This document shows, in pieces, positions 55,577 through 64,000 of a stretch of 64,000 nucleotides of DNA. Source of the stretch: Bacillota bacterium (GTDB lineage: Bacteria; Patescibacteriota; Minisyncoccia; Phycocordibacterales; Phycocordibacteraceae). The notes beneath the pieces are model-generated. The model was not told the DNA's origin. It saw only the letters and a list, made by a program, of their open reading frames with translations, and ran no database searches. Position numbers and translations under genes: made by a program. The DNA is taken from positions 639 to 64,638 of the forward strand of contig JBLNCF010000017.1 in NCBI GenBank assembly GCA_050260455.1. Reading direction: 5' to 3'. The stretch's first letter is position 1. Each line of letters starts with the position of its first letter.

Positions 55577-56335
55577 ATGAACCTGGAGGACCTTACGAAA
55601 ACGCAGCTGCTCTTGCTCACGGTGCTCGTGAACTTCGTTACGTCGATTGCCGTCGGCGTGCTCACGGTCTCGCTTCTAGATCAGGCACCGCCCACCGTTA
55701 CCCAGACCGTGAACCGAATTGTTGATCACACGGTGGAGACCATTGCGTCCACGAGTCCTATTCAGATTATTCCTGCGCCGCAGCCCACCACAGTCATCAT
55801 TCATGATGAGGACTTGCAGACGGCCGCACTTGCAGCAAACGCGGCGCGTCAAGTCGACATCTATGCGCATGCGACTTCAACGCCACCCGTTGCTATCGGT
55901 ACGTTCATTCCGAAAGCAAAAGCCGTTGCAACGGCAAGTACGCAGGGACTGCCTAAGGAAGTACTCATCGTGTTCCCGGATGGATCTTCGGCTCCCGCAT
56001 CACTCTCTCGTGCTGGAGCAACCGTTACCATCTACGGGTTCTCCGATTCCGCCACTCTTCCGAAGGTGGCCGTCCCACTGCTCGTGGGCAAGGGCGAGCT
56101 CAAGCTAGGTCAGAATGCGCTCGCTAATGGTCGTGACGGTAGCGCACTCATCGGCATCGTGACGAAGGTGGACGACTTCATTCACACCACTCTCACGAAC
56201 GTGCCGGTAGGCTCAGCTGCAGTAAATAGTTCCGGTAATATCATCGGGATCGCGCTTGATTCGATAGGCACGTTTGCTCCGGCCGACAAGATAAACACCC
56301 TGCTTTCCGCAACGTCATCGCCCGGTTCACCGTAA
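55577..56335 (+). CDS. Hypothetical N-terminally anchored secreted protein
   Basis: Trimmed to Met 'MNLEDLTKTQLLLLTVLV' (TM anchor), then ~230-aa Ala/Thr-rich ectodomain. Confidence 0.4.
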   Translation: MNLEDLTKTQLLLLTVLVNFVTSIAVGVLTVSLLDQAPPTVTQTVNRIVDHTVETIASTSPIQIIPAPQPTTVIIHDEDLQTAALAANAARQVDIYAHATSTPPVAIGTFIPKAKAVATASTQGLPKEVLIVFPDGSSAPASLSRAGATVTIYGFSDSATLPKVAVPLLVGKGELKLGQNALANGRDGSALIGIVTKVDDFIHTTLTNVPVGSAAVNSSGNIIGIALDSIGTFAPADKINTLLSATSSPGSP

Positions 56336-56358
56336 TATAAAGAGTAAGTACCAACGAT

Positions 56359-59034
56359 ATGCCTCCCTTCAAAAACTTCACCACTAAAGCAAAAGAAGCG
56401 ATCCGCAAAGCCCATGAGCTCGCGATCGAGCGGGGCCAGAATCACGTGAGCCCGCTCCATCTGCTTGCTGCACTCATCCATCAGGAGGAGAGCATGGTCT
56501 TTTCCGTACTCGATCGCATGGATATCGACACCATGCTGCTTGCCGACACCGTGCTCGAAACGCTTGAAGCGCCGGAGTCTAACGCAACGCTCTCGCCTTC
56601 CTACCAGCTCTACCTCACACCGGATCTTGCACAGGCCCTCGAATCAGCTGGGAAAATTGCCGCGCGCATGAACGATTCGTTCATTGGCACAGAGCACCTC
56701 TTCGTGGCAGTGCTCGAGAATCCTGGACCAGCAGGTGACATCATCGATCGTTTTAAGATCGATGAAGAAACAGTACTCGCTGTTTTGCGCGAGCTTAAAT
56801 CCACAAAGGATGGTCAGGTGGCACCCGAGAAGCGGTTCCGTGCGCTCGCAAAGTACACACGCAATCTCACGAAACTTGCTGCCGACAACGCACTCGATCC
56901 GGTTATTGGCCGTGATCAAGAAATCAATCGCGTCATCCAAATCCTTTCTCGTCGTACGAAGAACAATCCGGTGCTCATTGGAGAGGCAGGTGTAGGAAAG
57001 ACTGCAATCGCAGAAGGGCTCGCAGCACGCATGGCTGCGGGCGACGTCCCCGAATCCCTGAAAGGAAAGGAACTCCTTTCGCTCGATCTGGGTCTCATGA
57101 TTGCGGGCACCAAGTACCGGGGTGAATTCGAGGAGCGCATGAAGACCGTCATGAAGGAGGTTGAGAAGGCGGAAGGGAAGGTGATCCTCTTCGTCGACGA
57201 GCTCCATACCCTCGTTGGTGCCGGTGCAGCCGAGGGTGCGATGGATGCATCTAATATGCTGAAGCCCGCGCTTGCCCGTGGTGAGTTCCGCATCATCGGC
57301 GCGACTACCCTCAAGGAATACCAGCAGCACATTGAGAAAGACACCGCGCTTACCCGTCGTTTCCAGCCAGTCTTCGTGAACGAGCCGACCGTAGAGGATG
57401 CCGTTGCTATTCTCCGTGGTCTTCGCGACAAGTACGAACTCTTCCATGGGGTACGCATTACCGACGGCGCTATTGTGTCGGCGGTTGATCTCTCCTCGCG
57501 TTACATCACCGACCGCTTCCTTCCAGATAAAGCTATCGATCTCATTGATGAAGCTGCTTCGGGTCTTCGCATTGCACTTGAGAACAAGCCTCCGCAGCTT
57601 GAAGAAACCGATCGTCGTATTCGTCGCCTCGAAATTGAGCGTCAGGCGCTCATGAAGGATATCGAGACCGAGCACGCCAAGGAGATCAAAGAGCGTATCA
57701 AGGCTATTGAGGCGGAAATCGCTGATCTTCGTGAAAAAACTGGCGAGCTTGAGCTTAAGTGGAAGAACGAAAAGGAGGTCATCCAGTCTATCCGCGAGAT
57801 CAAGGGCGAACTCGAACGATTACGTGTGCAGGCAGACAATGCTGAATCCATTGGTGACCTCGGCGCCACTGCCGAGATTCGCTATGGCCGCATCCCGGTT
57901 CTAGAAAAGGAGCTGGAAACCAAGACTAAGCGTCTAAAGACACTCCAGAAATCGCGTCGTGTGCTCCATGAGGAGGTCACCGAGCACGAGATTGCCGGGG
58001 TCGTATCTCGCTGGACAGGTATTCCAGTATCAAAGATGCTCGAGGAGGAGGCTGCGAAGCTCGCGCGTATGGAAGATGCCCTTAAGGATGCGGTTATCGG
58101 ACAAGATACAGCTGTGAAGGCGATCGCAGATGCGGTGAAGCGTTCCCGCGTGGGTATCGCAGATCCGAATCGTCCGATTGGCTCATTCCTCTTTATGGGT
58201 CCTACGGGAGTGGGTAAGACGGAGCTTTCGCGCAAGCTTGCGGAGTTCATGTTCAACGACTCGGATGCACTGGTGCGGGTCGACATGTCGGAGTTCATGG
58301 AGAAGCACTCGGTCGCGAAGTTGATCGGCGCGCCTCCGGGGTATGTCGGCTACGAAGAGGCAGGCTCTCTCACCGAGCGTATTCGTCATCGTCCGTATGC
58401 CGTCGTCCTCTTCGATGAGATCGAGAAAGCGCATCCTGAAGTGTTCAACATTCTCCTCCAGGTTCTCGACTCCGGTCATCTGACCGACGGCAAGGGCCGT
58501 AAGGTGAACTTCAAGAACACGATCATCGTGCTCACCTCAAACATTGGTGCGGAGTACATCGATCGTATGGCCAATATTGGCTTCGGTCACTCAAGTGCCG
58601 ACGATGTTGCCCAGTACGAGCAGGTGAAGGAAAAGGTGCTTTCCGCGCTCAAGGATCGCTTCCGCCCCGAATTCCTGAACCGTCTCGATGAGATAGTCAT
58701 CTTTGACGTGCTTTCAAAGGAGTCACTCGCACGGATTGTCGAGAATCAGGTGAAGGATGTGATAGCACGTCTCTCTGGCAAGCGCATCACGCTTAATCTT
58801 GATCCGGACGTGCGTGCGTGGCTTGCGGACAAGGGATACAACCCACAGTACGGTGCCCGTCCCTTGAAGCGCGCTATCCAGGACAAGATTCTCACTCCTA
58901 TCGCATCTCTCATGGTGGGGCAGGGCATCATGGAAGGGGGCACAGTCAACGTCACGATGAAGAACGGCGAACCGCACTTCGATGTGAAGAAAGCCCCAAG
59001 CCGTCGCGCATCAACCAAGAAGGTCGCGGTATAG
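56359..59034 (+). CDS. clpB: Chaperone ClpB (AAA+ disaggregase)
   Basis: Two AAA+ modules (Walker A 'GEAGVGKT' and 'GPTGVGKT'), middle coiled-coil, Clp N-domain. Confidence 0.95.
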   Translation: MPPFKNFTTKAKEAIRKAHELAIERGQNHVSPLHLLAALIHQEESMVFSVLDRMDIDTMLLADTVLETLEAPESNATLSPSYQLYLTPDLAQALESAGKIAARMNDSFIGTEHLFVAVLENPGPAGDIIDRFKIDEETVLAVLRELKSTKDGQVAPEKRFRALAKYTRNLTKLAADNALDPVIGRDQEINRVIQILSRRTKNNPVLIGEAGVGKTAIAEGLAARMAAGDVPESLKGKELLSLDLGLMIAGTKYRGEFEERMKTVMKEVEKAEGKVILFVDELHTLVGAGAAEGAMDASNMLKPALARGEFRIIGATTLKEYQQHIEKDTALTRRFQPVFVNEPTVEDAVAILRGLRDKYELFHGVRITDGAIVSAVDLSSRYITDRFLPDKAIDLIDEAASGLRIALENKPPQLEETDRRIRRLEIERQALMKDIETEHAKEIKERIKAIEAEIADLREKTGELELKWKNEKEVIQSIREIKGELERLRVQADNAESIGDLGATAEIRYGRIPVLEKELETKTKRLKTLQKSRRVLHEEVTEHEIAGVVSRWTGIPVSKMLEEEAAKLARMEDALKDAVIGQDTAVKAIADAVKRSRVGIADPNRPIGSFLFMGPTGVGKTELSRKLAEFMFNDSDALVRVDMSEFMEKHSVAKLIGAPPGYVGYEEAGSLTERIRHRPYAVVLFDEIEKAHPEVFNILLQVLDSGHLTDGKGRKVNFKNTIIVLTSNIGAEYIDRMANIGFGHSSADDVAQYEQVKEKVLSALKDRFRPEFLNRLDEIVIFDVLSKESLARIVENQVKDVIARLSGKRITLNLDPDVRAWLADKGYNPQYGARPLKRAIQDKILTPIASLMVGQGIMEGGTVNVTMKNGEPHFDVKKAPSRRASTKKVAV

Positions 59035-59041
59035 TGGGGTA

Positions 59042-59725
59042 ATGGACATACGTGAGCATGAGGCGCTTATCGAAGCGCTGAATGACCCCGCGCAATTTGA
59101 AGCGTATCGAGAACCGGTCGATGGATATCGCCCGGGTATCGTTCCCCGATTGCTGGGAGGTCTCCTCGTGTTCTTCGGAAATCTTGTATATGGAAAGCGG
59201 CCCTCGTACCTCAAGTTCCGTTCGGTGGAAGTGATCGCACGCGTACCCTATCAATCATGGGTCTCGGCGGCATACACCATGTTCACGCTTTTCTACAGCA
59301 ATGAACGCAAAGCACTTGAACTCTCGCATACCGCGCGATTCGGGAGACTAGCCCAAGACAACGAGACCATGCATGTAGTGGTCATTTCACAGCTCGCAAA
59401 GAAGTATGTGCGGGCGAATCCGCTCATACATACGGTAATACCGATGCTCTTTGCATTCGGATATTTCTGGGCCTCCTACTGGCTTTTCCTCCTTAACCGC
59501 CGCTGGTCATATGAGCTCAACTACTGCTTCGAGAGTCATGCGTTCGAGCAGTACAGCCGTTTCCTTGAGGAAAACGAGGCGGCGTTGAAGTCCCGACCTA
59601 TCGAAAGTGATTTCCTGACCTGGTATGGTCGTCACCCGCGTACCGAGTATGAATTCTTCCGTTCGGTGAGAAACGACGAACTCGTCCATCGAAATGCCAG
59701 TATTCACCAGATCTCGGCTCGCTAG
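59042..59725 (+). CDS. Alternative-oxidase (AOX/PTOX)-like di-iron carboxylate protein
   Basis: Four-helix ligand motifs in AOX order: 'VEVIARVPY' (LET-A-VP), 'NERKALELSH' (NERMHL-like), 'FESHAFEQY' (EEEA-H-like), 'RNDELVHRN' (RADEAHHR-like); 227 aa. Confidence 0.45.
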   Translation: MDIREHEALIEALNDPAQFEAYREPVDGYRPGIVPRLLGGLLVFFGNLVYGKRPSYLKFRSVEVIARVPYQSWVSAAYTMFTLFYSNERKALELSHTARFGRLAQDNETMHVVVISQLAKKYVRANPLIHTVIPMLFAFGYFWASYWLFLLNRRWSYELNYCFESHAFEQYSRFLEENEAALKSRPIESDFLTWYGRHPRTEYEFFRSVRNDELVHRNASIHQISAR

Positions 59726-59768
59726 GACCCTGATTGCGGGAAAACGGCCTATTTGGTAAGGTAGCGAT

Positions 59769-59924
59769 ATGTCACAAGACCGCCTTATCAAGCTGAAGTC
59801 CACCAAGTCGGACCACGTGTATTTCAGCCGCAAGAACAAAAAGAAGGTGGAGCGCAAGATCGAGCTCAAGAAGTTCGACCCGACGCTCCGCGAACGTGTG
59901 GTCTACAAGGAGGCCAAGAAATAA
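59769..59924 (+). CDS. rpmG: 50S ribosomal protein L33
   Basis: 51 aa 'MSQDRLIKLKSTKSDHVYFSRKNKKKVERKIELKKFDPTLRERVVYKEAKK', typical bL33; below the ORF-track length cut-off. Confidence 0.8.
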   Translation: MSQDRLIKLKSTKSDHVYFSRKNKKKVERKIELKKFDPTLRERVVYKEAKK

Positions 59925-59940
59925 TCTCCTACGAGTCGCA

Positions 59941-59976
59941 CAATGGAAAAGCCGCCCGAGGGCGGCTTTTCCATTG
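59941..59976. terminator. Strong bidirectional rho-independent terminator
   Basis: 16-bp perfect stem 'caatggaaaagccgcc-cgag-ggcggcttttccattg'. Confidence 0.65.
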
Positions 59977-60150
59977 TGCTTTGGAGGACCGGCAGCCGTA
60001 GCTGGTGCACCGCTCCTTAGCACGCGCGTACTATAGCGGAAAAGGTATGAAGAAGCGCTGAACGTTGCTCTCCGTCCTCCTCTCCAGTACTATCCACCCG
60101 GACCTGACACAGACACGTGTCTACGGCCAATCCATTCATGGGGACGGTTA

Positions 60151-61551
60151 ATGCAGTACATTTCGACCCGCGGCATGGCCGCATCGAAGCCCTTCAAGAA
60201 GATTCTTCTCGAAGGGCTCGCTGAAGATGGCGGCCTCTATGTTCCCGGTCGTCTCCCGTCCTTGAGCCCAGAGGAGTGGAACGGTCTTGCCGGAAAAGAT
60301 TACGTGAGCGTTGCACTCGCGGTGCTCTCAAAACTGGCGAGCGATATTCCGCCGGATGATCTCAAGCGGCTCCTTGAAGACACGTACGTCAGCGGCTCAT
60401 TCGAGACGCCCGTCGTACCGCTCCAACAGCTCGATGACGATATCTGGCTGATGAAGCTGTCCCAAGGGCCTACGCTCGCGTTCAAGGACATCGCGCTTCA
60501 GCTCGTGGGACGTCTCATGTCTTACGTGCTCGAAGAACAGGGCGGAGAGTTGAATATTCTCGGCGCGACATCGGGTGATACCGGTTCTGCGGCGGCGCAT
60601 GCGATCCGGGGCCGGGATAACCTACGGCTCTTCATGCTTTCTCCCAAGGATCGCATGAGTCCGTTCCAGCGTGCGCAGATGTACACGCTCGATGAGCCCA
60701 ACATCTTCAATCTGGTGGTCGAGGGCACGTTCGATGACTGTCAGAACGTCGTGAAGGCAGTGAACGCCGATGCCACATTCAAGGCTCAGTTCAACATCGG
60801 CGCCATGAACTCTATCAACTTCGCCCGCATTGCGGCTCAGATTGTTTACTGTTTCTGGGCGTGCCGGATGATGGCAGGATGGGATAAACGCAGAGTCTCG
60901 TTTGGGATTCCTTCGGGGAATTTCGGGAATGCACTGGCCGCTCACATGGCCGGCATGATGGGCGCCCCTATCGGGCAGGTCATCGTTGCTACGAACGAGA
61001 ACGATGTGCTGGATGAGTTCTTCCGTACCGGCATCTATCGCCCGCGGAAGGGAGAAGAAGTGCATATCACCTCGAGTCCGTCCATGGACATCGCGCTTGC
61101 ATCTAACTTTGAGCGGTATGTCTTTGAACTGTTTGGTGGACGAGGTGATCTTCTCCGAGCGGAATGGGAACGCCTTGATTCAGACGGCTGCTTGGACCTT
61201 GCACCTCCGTTTCAAGTATTCGGCGGACCAGAAGTGGTTTCCGGGAAGGCAACGCAGGCAGAAGTGCTCGACACCATTCGTATGGCGCATCGGGAGTACG
61301 GCATCATCATCGATCCACACACCGCTATCGCGATGAAGGTCGGTCTCGAGCGGCGGAGCAAAGAATCGCCACTCGTGATCGCGGAAACGGCACAACCGGC
61401 TAAGTTTGAGGCTACCATCCGCGAAGCGCTTGGCATCGATCCGCCACGGCCCACCGGCTATGAGAACATCGAGAGCTTGCCCGAGCAGGTAACGCATATT
61501 GCGGCTGACCCGGATCGTGTGAAAGAGTTCATTCGGGCACACGCGGCGTAG
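60151..61551 (+). CDS. thrC: Threonine synthase
   Basis: 'MQYISTRG', PLP-Lys region 'GPTLAFKD', full 466-aa length. Confidence 0.9.
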   Translation: MQYISTRGMAASKPFKKILLEGLAEDGGLYVPGRLPSLSPEEWNGLAGKDYVSVALAVLSKLASDIPPDDLKRLLEDTYVSGSFETPVVPLQQLDDDIWLMKLSQGPTLAFKDIALQLVGRLMSYVLEEQGGELNILGATSGDTGSAAAHAIRGRDNLRLFMLSPKDRMSPFQRAQMYTLDEPNIFNLVVEGTFDDCQNVVKAVNADATFKAQFNIGAMNSINFARIAAQIVYCFWACRMMAGWDKRRVSFGIPSGNFGNALAAHMAGMMGAPIGQVIVATNENDVLDEFFRTGIYRPRKGEEVHITSSPSMDIALASNFERYVFELFGGRGDLLRAEWERLDSDGCLDLAPPFQVFGGPEVVSGKATQAEVLDTIRMAHREYGIIIDPHTAIAMKVGLERRSKESPLVIAETAQPAKFEATIREALGIDPPRPTGYENIESLPEQVTHIAADPDRVKEFIRAHAA

Positions 61552-61574
61552 CATCTGGTTGGTGCCATGACTTT

Positions 61575-61604
61575 GACCCCTGGGAGCGATCCCAGGGGTC
61601 TTTT
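61575..61604 (+). terminator. Rho-independent terminator after thrC
   Basis: 'gacccctggga-gcga-tcccaggggtc' + 'tttt'. Confidence 0.65.
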
Positions 61605-61651
61605 GTAATAATTTGACGTGGTATGGAAAAAGTGATTTATTCATCCCGGAC

Positions 61652-61700
61652 GTTCGACATAGCGCAGAGCTGCTCACGGCAGTTGTGCGCTATGTCGAAC
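61652..61700. repeat. Perfect 15-bp inverted repeat with 19-nt spacer
   Basis: 'gttcgacatagcgca' ... 'tgcgctatgtcgaac', exact reverse complements, 40 bp upstream of the 61741 gene. Confidence 0.7.
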
Positions 61701-61740
61701 TGCATCCTGCAGTCAGGCCGCTAGCCCTAGGAGAAAACTG

Positions 61741-62484
61741 ATGCTGGATAGCACTCAGAAGACCTATGACGCTCACACCGCTCACTTTCTCGGTGTAGTC
61801 GCCCAGAACATTCCTCCGTTACCTCGAGGAATCATGCAGCACTGGATCGAACATCCCAGCCGTCTGCAGCAAATGCTCGCTCTGGCGCTGTACTGCGATC
61901 CGAACGATGACATGTGGACGTCGGTCGGTAAAGGGAAGGAGCCGGCAGGACGCGATGTCGGGGTTGTTCCACTCCCGCTCAAGACCATGCGCTGTCCGGG
62001 ACAGAACCCGTTTGCAGCGTGGAAGACCGAAGCCCATCTGCAGTTCGGGGTGGAATACAATCATCTTCCGGACCGGAAGCGGTATGAGCTGGTCTTGCGT
62101 CCCTATCTCGATCTCGAGTTCGACGAGAGCGGCAAGTACATCCAAATCCCGGCGCGGGACGTGTTCCGTGGCGGACAACGACTGGAGATCAAGCTGCCCG
62201 ATATTCTCCCGCTGCTTGAACGTACGACGCGAGGTCTTTCCTCACTCTTGGCCGCGGGAGAAACGGCTTATGCCGACCAAGTCGTGACCTTCGTTCGCGA
62301 CGACTTGGAGACGCGGCTCACCTGCGAGGAGCGTCGCGATGGGTGGGAAATCACCCTCACGCTTCTTAAGGAGGGAGCCAGCTACTACTCAACAACCTTC
62401 TGGTTGAGCGGAGTCAGTTTCCGAAAAAGACTGCAGGACAATGACATGAAGGTTCCGGCTTACGTTGAGATGCACATCATCTAA
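61741..62484 (+). CDS. Hypothetical protein
   Basis: 247-aa ORF; no recognisable motif. Confidence 0.4.
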   Translation: MLDSTQKTYDAHTAHFLGVVAQNIPPLPRGIMQHWIEHPSRLQQMLALALYCDPNDDMWTSVGKGKEPAGRDVGVVPLPLKTMRCPGQNPFAAWKTEAHLQFGVEYNHLPDRKRYELVLRPYLDLEFDESGKYIQIPARDVFRGGQRLEIKLPDILPLLERTTRGLSSLLAAGETAYADQVVTFVRDDLETRLTCEERRDGWEITLTLLKEGASYYSTTFWLSGVSFRKRLQDNDMKVPAYVEMHII

Positions 62485-62549
62485 GTCTTCTCTCAAGCCT
62501 ATTCTGGGGCTCCGGTAGAAATACCGGGGCTCCTTTATTTTTTGAAGTG

Positions 62550-62620
62550 CGGGCCCACGAGGAATCGAACCTCGACCGACGGTTTTGGAGACCGACGTTC
62601 TACCATTAAACTATAGGCCC
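62550..62620 (-). tRNA. tRNA-Trp (anticodon CCA)
   Basis: Reverse complement: gggccta-ta-gtttaatggtagaac...loop ctCCAaa...cgagg-ttcgatt-cctcg-tgggccc; one T-T mismatch at the base of the anticodon stem. Confidence 0.7.
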
Positions 62621-62696
62621 TATATCGCTACCTTAGCAGATTTAGTACCTGGGAACAAAACCCGCTAAGCGTCGGGCAGGACGCTACAATGGAACG

Positions 62697-63713
62697 ATGC
62701 GGCGCATCATATTGGCACTTCCACTGACACTTCTCCTTTTCATGAGCGTGTCGGTTCCTGTGCACGCGGCGAGCATCCCGCTTCTCGACCCTAATTTCCA
62801 CATTGTGCCGGATGCGCACGAGATAAATAGCGCCTGTCCGGTAGGAGCGCCGTTGAGCTACGGCGGCATACTCCTTCTGATCCAGCGCCTCATGAACGCC
62901 GGCATCATGCTCGGCATCATTGCCTTTGTTTTCGTAATGGCCTATGCCGGAGCTTCGTTCATGATGAACCCGACAAACCCTGAAGCACGCAGTCATGCAC
63001 GAGGCATGATCATTAATGTGGTGATAGGCATGATTATTCTCCTGTCTTCGTGGCTCGTTGTAGATTTTGTGATGAAGGTTCTCTACAACCCTGATCAAGT
63101 TCTTTCTGGAGGCATACATCTGGGTGGTTGGAACGAAATACTCAAGCCTGATGGCGGCGATCCGGGCTGTATCCAGGAAGGGAAAACCACCAAGATTCTC
63201 TCTGGAGTACCAGGTGCCGTCTTCGATCAGGTAGTGGGTCCCTCGAGCGAATCGCCGACACCCATCACCCCATCCACACGCGGTCTGTGTACTCCTGCCA
63301 ATCTTGAGAAGAATGGATGGCCAAGCAATCTTTCCAAGCAGATGTCGTGTGTCACAAAATACGAGAATGGATCCTGCAACGCGAGCGCTCCGAGTAGTAC
63401 TGACGTCGGTAAAGACGGCAATTCTGTATCCATAGGTCTCTTCCAGGTGAACCTTTCGGCGCATGATATGAACTATCCTGCCTGCAAAGCGTTTAATGGC
63501 GGGAAGCCGCTTAACTGCACAAAGGCTTTTGCAGGCGGAAAATACACAAGCACCAATCACAATACTTACGTCAGTGATCCGCGCTTATATCAGCAATGTC
63601 GAGCGGCTGCTAGTAACCCGGCATGCAACATTGCTGCTGCGATAGAGATTCGGCAAAACGAAGGTATTGGCGCATGGGGAACGGCAGCCCAGAATAATTG
63701 TAAGAGCCTGTGA
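62697..63713 (+). CDS. Secreted fusion protein: pilin-like two-helix membrane module + Cys-rich lysozyme/lytic-transglycosylase-like domain
   Basis: Signal peptide; two-helix pilin-like segment ('LLLIQRLMNAGIMLGIIAFVFVMAYAGASF...') as in the 47.2-49.7 kb paralogs; C-terminal ~200 aa with 'YENGSCN' and 'SIGLFQVN' (GLMQ-like) SLT-type motifs and many Cys. Confidence 0.5.
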   Translation: MRRIILALPLTLLLFMSVSVPVHAASIPLLDPNFHIVPDAHEINSACPVGAPLSYGGILLLIQRLMNAGIMLGIIAFVFVMAYAGASFMMNPTNPEARSHARGMIINVVIGMIILLSSWLVVDFVMKVLYNPDQVLSGGIHLGGWNEILKPDGGDPGCIQEGKTTKILSGVPGAVFDQVVGPSSESPTPITPSTRGLCTPANLEKNGWPSNLSKQMSCVTKYENGSCNASAPSSTDVGKDGNSVSIGLFQVNLSAHDMNYPACKAFNGGKPLNCTKAFAGGKYTSTNHNTYVSDPRLYQQCRAAASNPACNIAAAIEIRQNEGIGAWGTAAQNNCKSL

Positions 63714-63725
63714 TACGCTTTTGAT

Positions 63726-64000
63726 ATGAACCGCGTCGTCATCATCGTAATGGGAGTTGTCCTACTGGTGATCGTGAGTATCGCCGGCTTCTTGTTGCTC
63801 CAGCGTTCTAAAATCACGTCGTCATCGACAGATACCAGTGGTACGGTCTTTCCGGGGAGCGATTCTACAAACGGTGGCGGTAACGGTACGACTCCACTCC
63901 GCACCGTTTCTACATCAAATGGTTCTGCCATGGCAGTGAAAGATTTTACTACCGAGGAAGGAGTTATTCAGGATCCAAACGTTCCTGATCAGTACGATCT
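63726..64000 (+). CDS. N-terminally anchored Ser/Thr/Gly-rich protein, 3'-partial at window end
   Basis: ATG at 63726, TM 'VVIIVMGVVLLVIVSIAGFLLL', open to the end of the window. Confidence 0.4.
   Translation, partial: MNRVVIIVMGVVLLVIVSIAGFLLLQRSKITSSSTDTSGTVFPGSDSTNGGGNGTTPLRTVSTSNGSAMAVKDFTTEEGVIQDPNVPDQYD

Noticed and set aside
62628-63560. 310-aa minus-strand ORF
   Set aside because: Antisense to the secreted pilin-like/lysozyme-like gene, which has signal peptide, TM helices and Cys pattern; the minus ORF is His/Arg-rich junk.

Overview
This 64-kb window is a gene-dense bacterial chromosome segment of about 55-60% GC. The gene content and architecture look like a Candidate Phyla Radiation / Patescibacteria-type genome, but that is inference: single-domain short IF-2, short ValRS, tsaC/tsaD, Gram-positive-like LPXTG surface proteins, many small secreted or membrane proteins.

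- **Housekeeping genes:** murJ, lepA, valS, tsaD, tsaC, ftsZ, ftsA, ybeY, rpsU, lepB, pth, rpsA, gyrA, alr, rbfA, infB, clpB, rpmG, thrC and trxB, plus 11 tRNA genes. Several ORF-track entries run through tRNAs and are artefacts.
- **AT-rich island (about 17.6-23.7 kb):** the main non-core feature. It carries a SIR2-like NADase gene translationally coupled to a HerA-like ATPase (the SIR2-HerA anti-phage module), an extra uncharacterised 215-aa downstream gene with a possible HEPN-like Rx5H motif, a small ORF, and a large serine recombinase. The recombinase 3' end overlaps an antisense tRNA-Glu, next to tRNA-Ser.
- **Cell-surface and secreted proteins:** an LPXTG-type ('VPNTG') small repeat/poly-Gly protein; a surface protein with three tandem about 95-aa FN3-like repeats; and a cluster of five paralogous small secreted two-helix pilin-like proteins (shared 'G-x-x-EEKR-x-x-G...WG-L-x-G' motif) downstream of a methyltransferase and a solute-binding-like protein, plus a distant sixth copy fused to a lysozyme/SLT-like domain.
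- **Smaller observations:** an alternative-oxidase-like di-iron protein, a cyanophycin-synthetase-like ATP-grasp protein beside Ogt, candidate structured ncRNA regions (one with RNase-P-like motifs), a perfect 15-bp inverted repeat, and a short strongly-RBS-preceded membrane ORF absent from the ORF track.

No CRISPR array or rRNA was seen.
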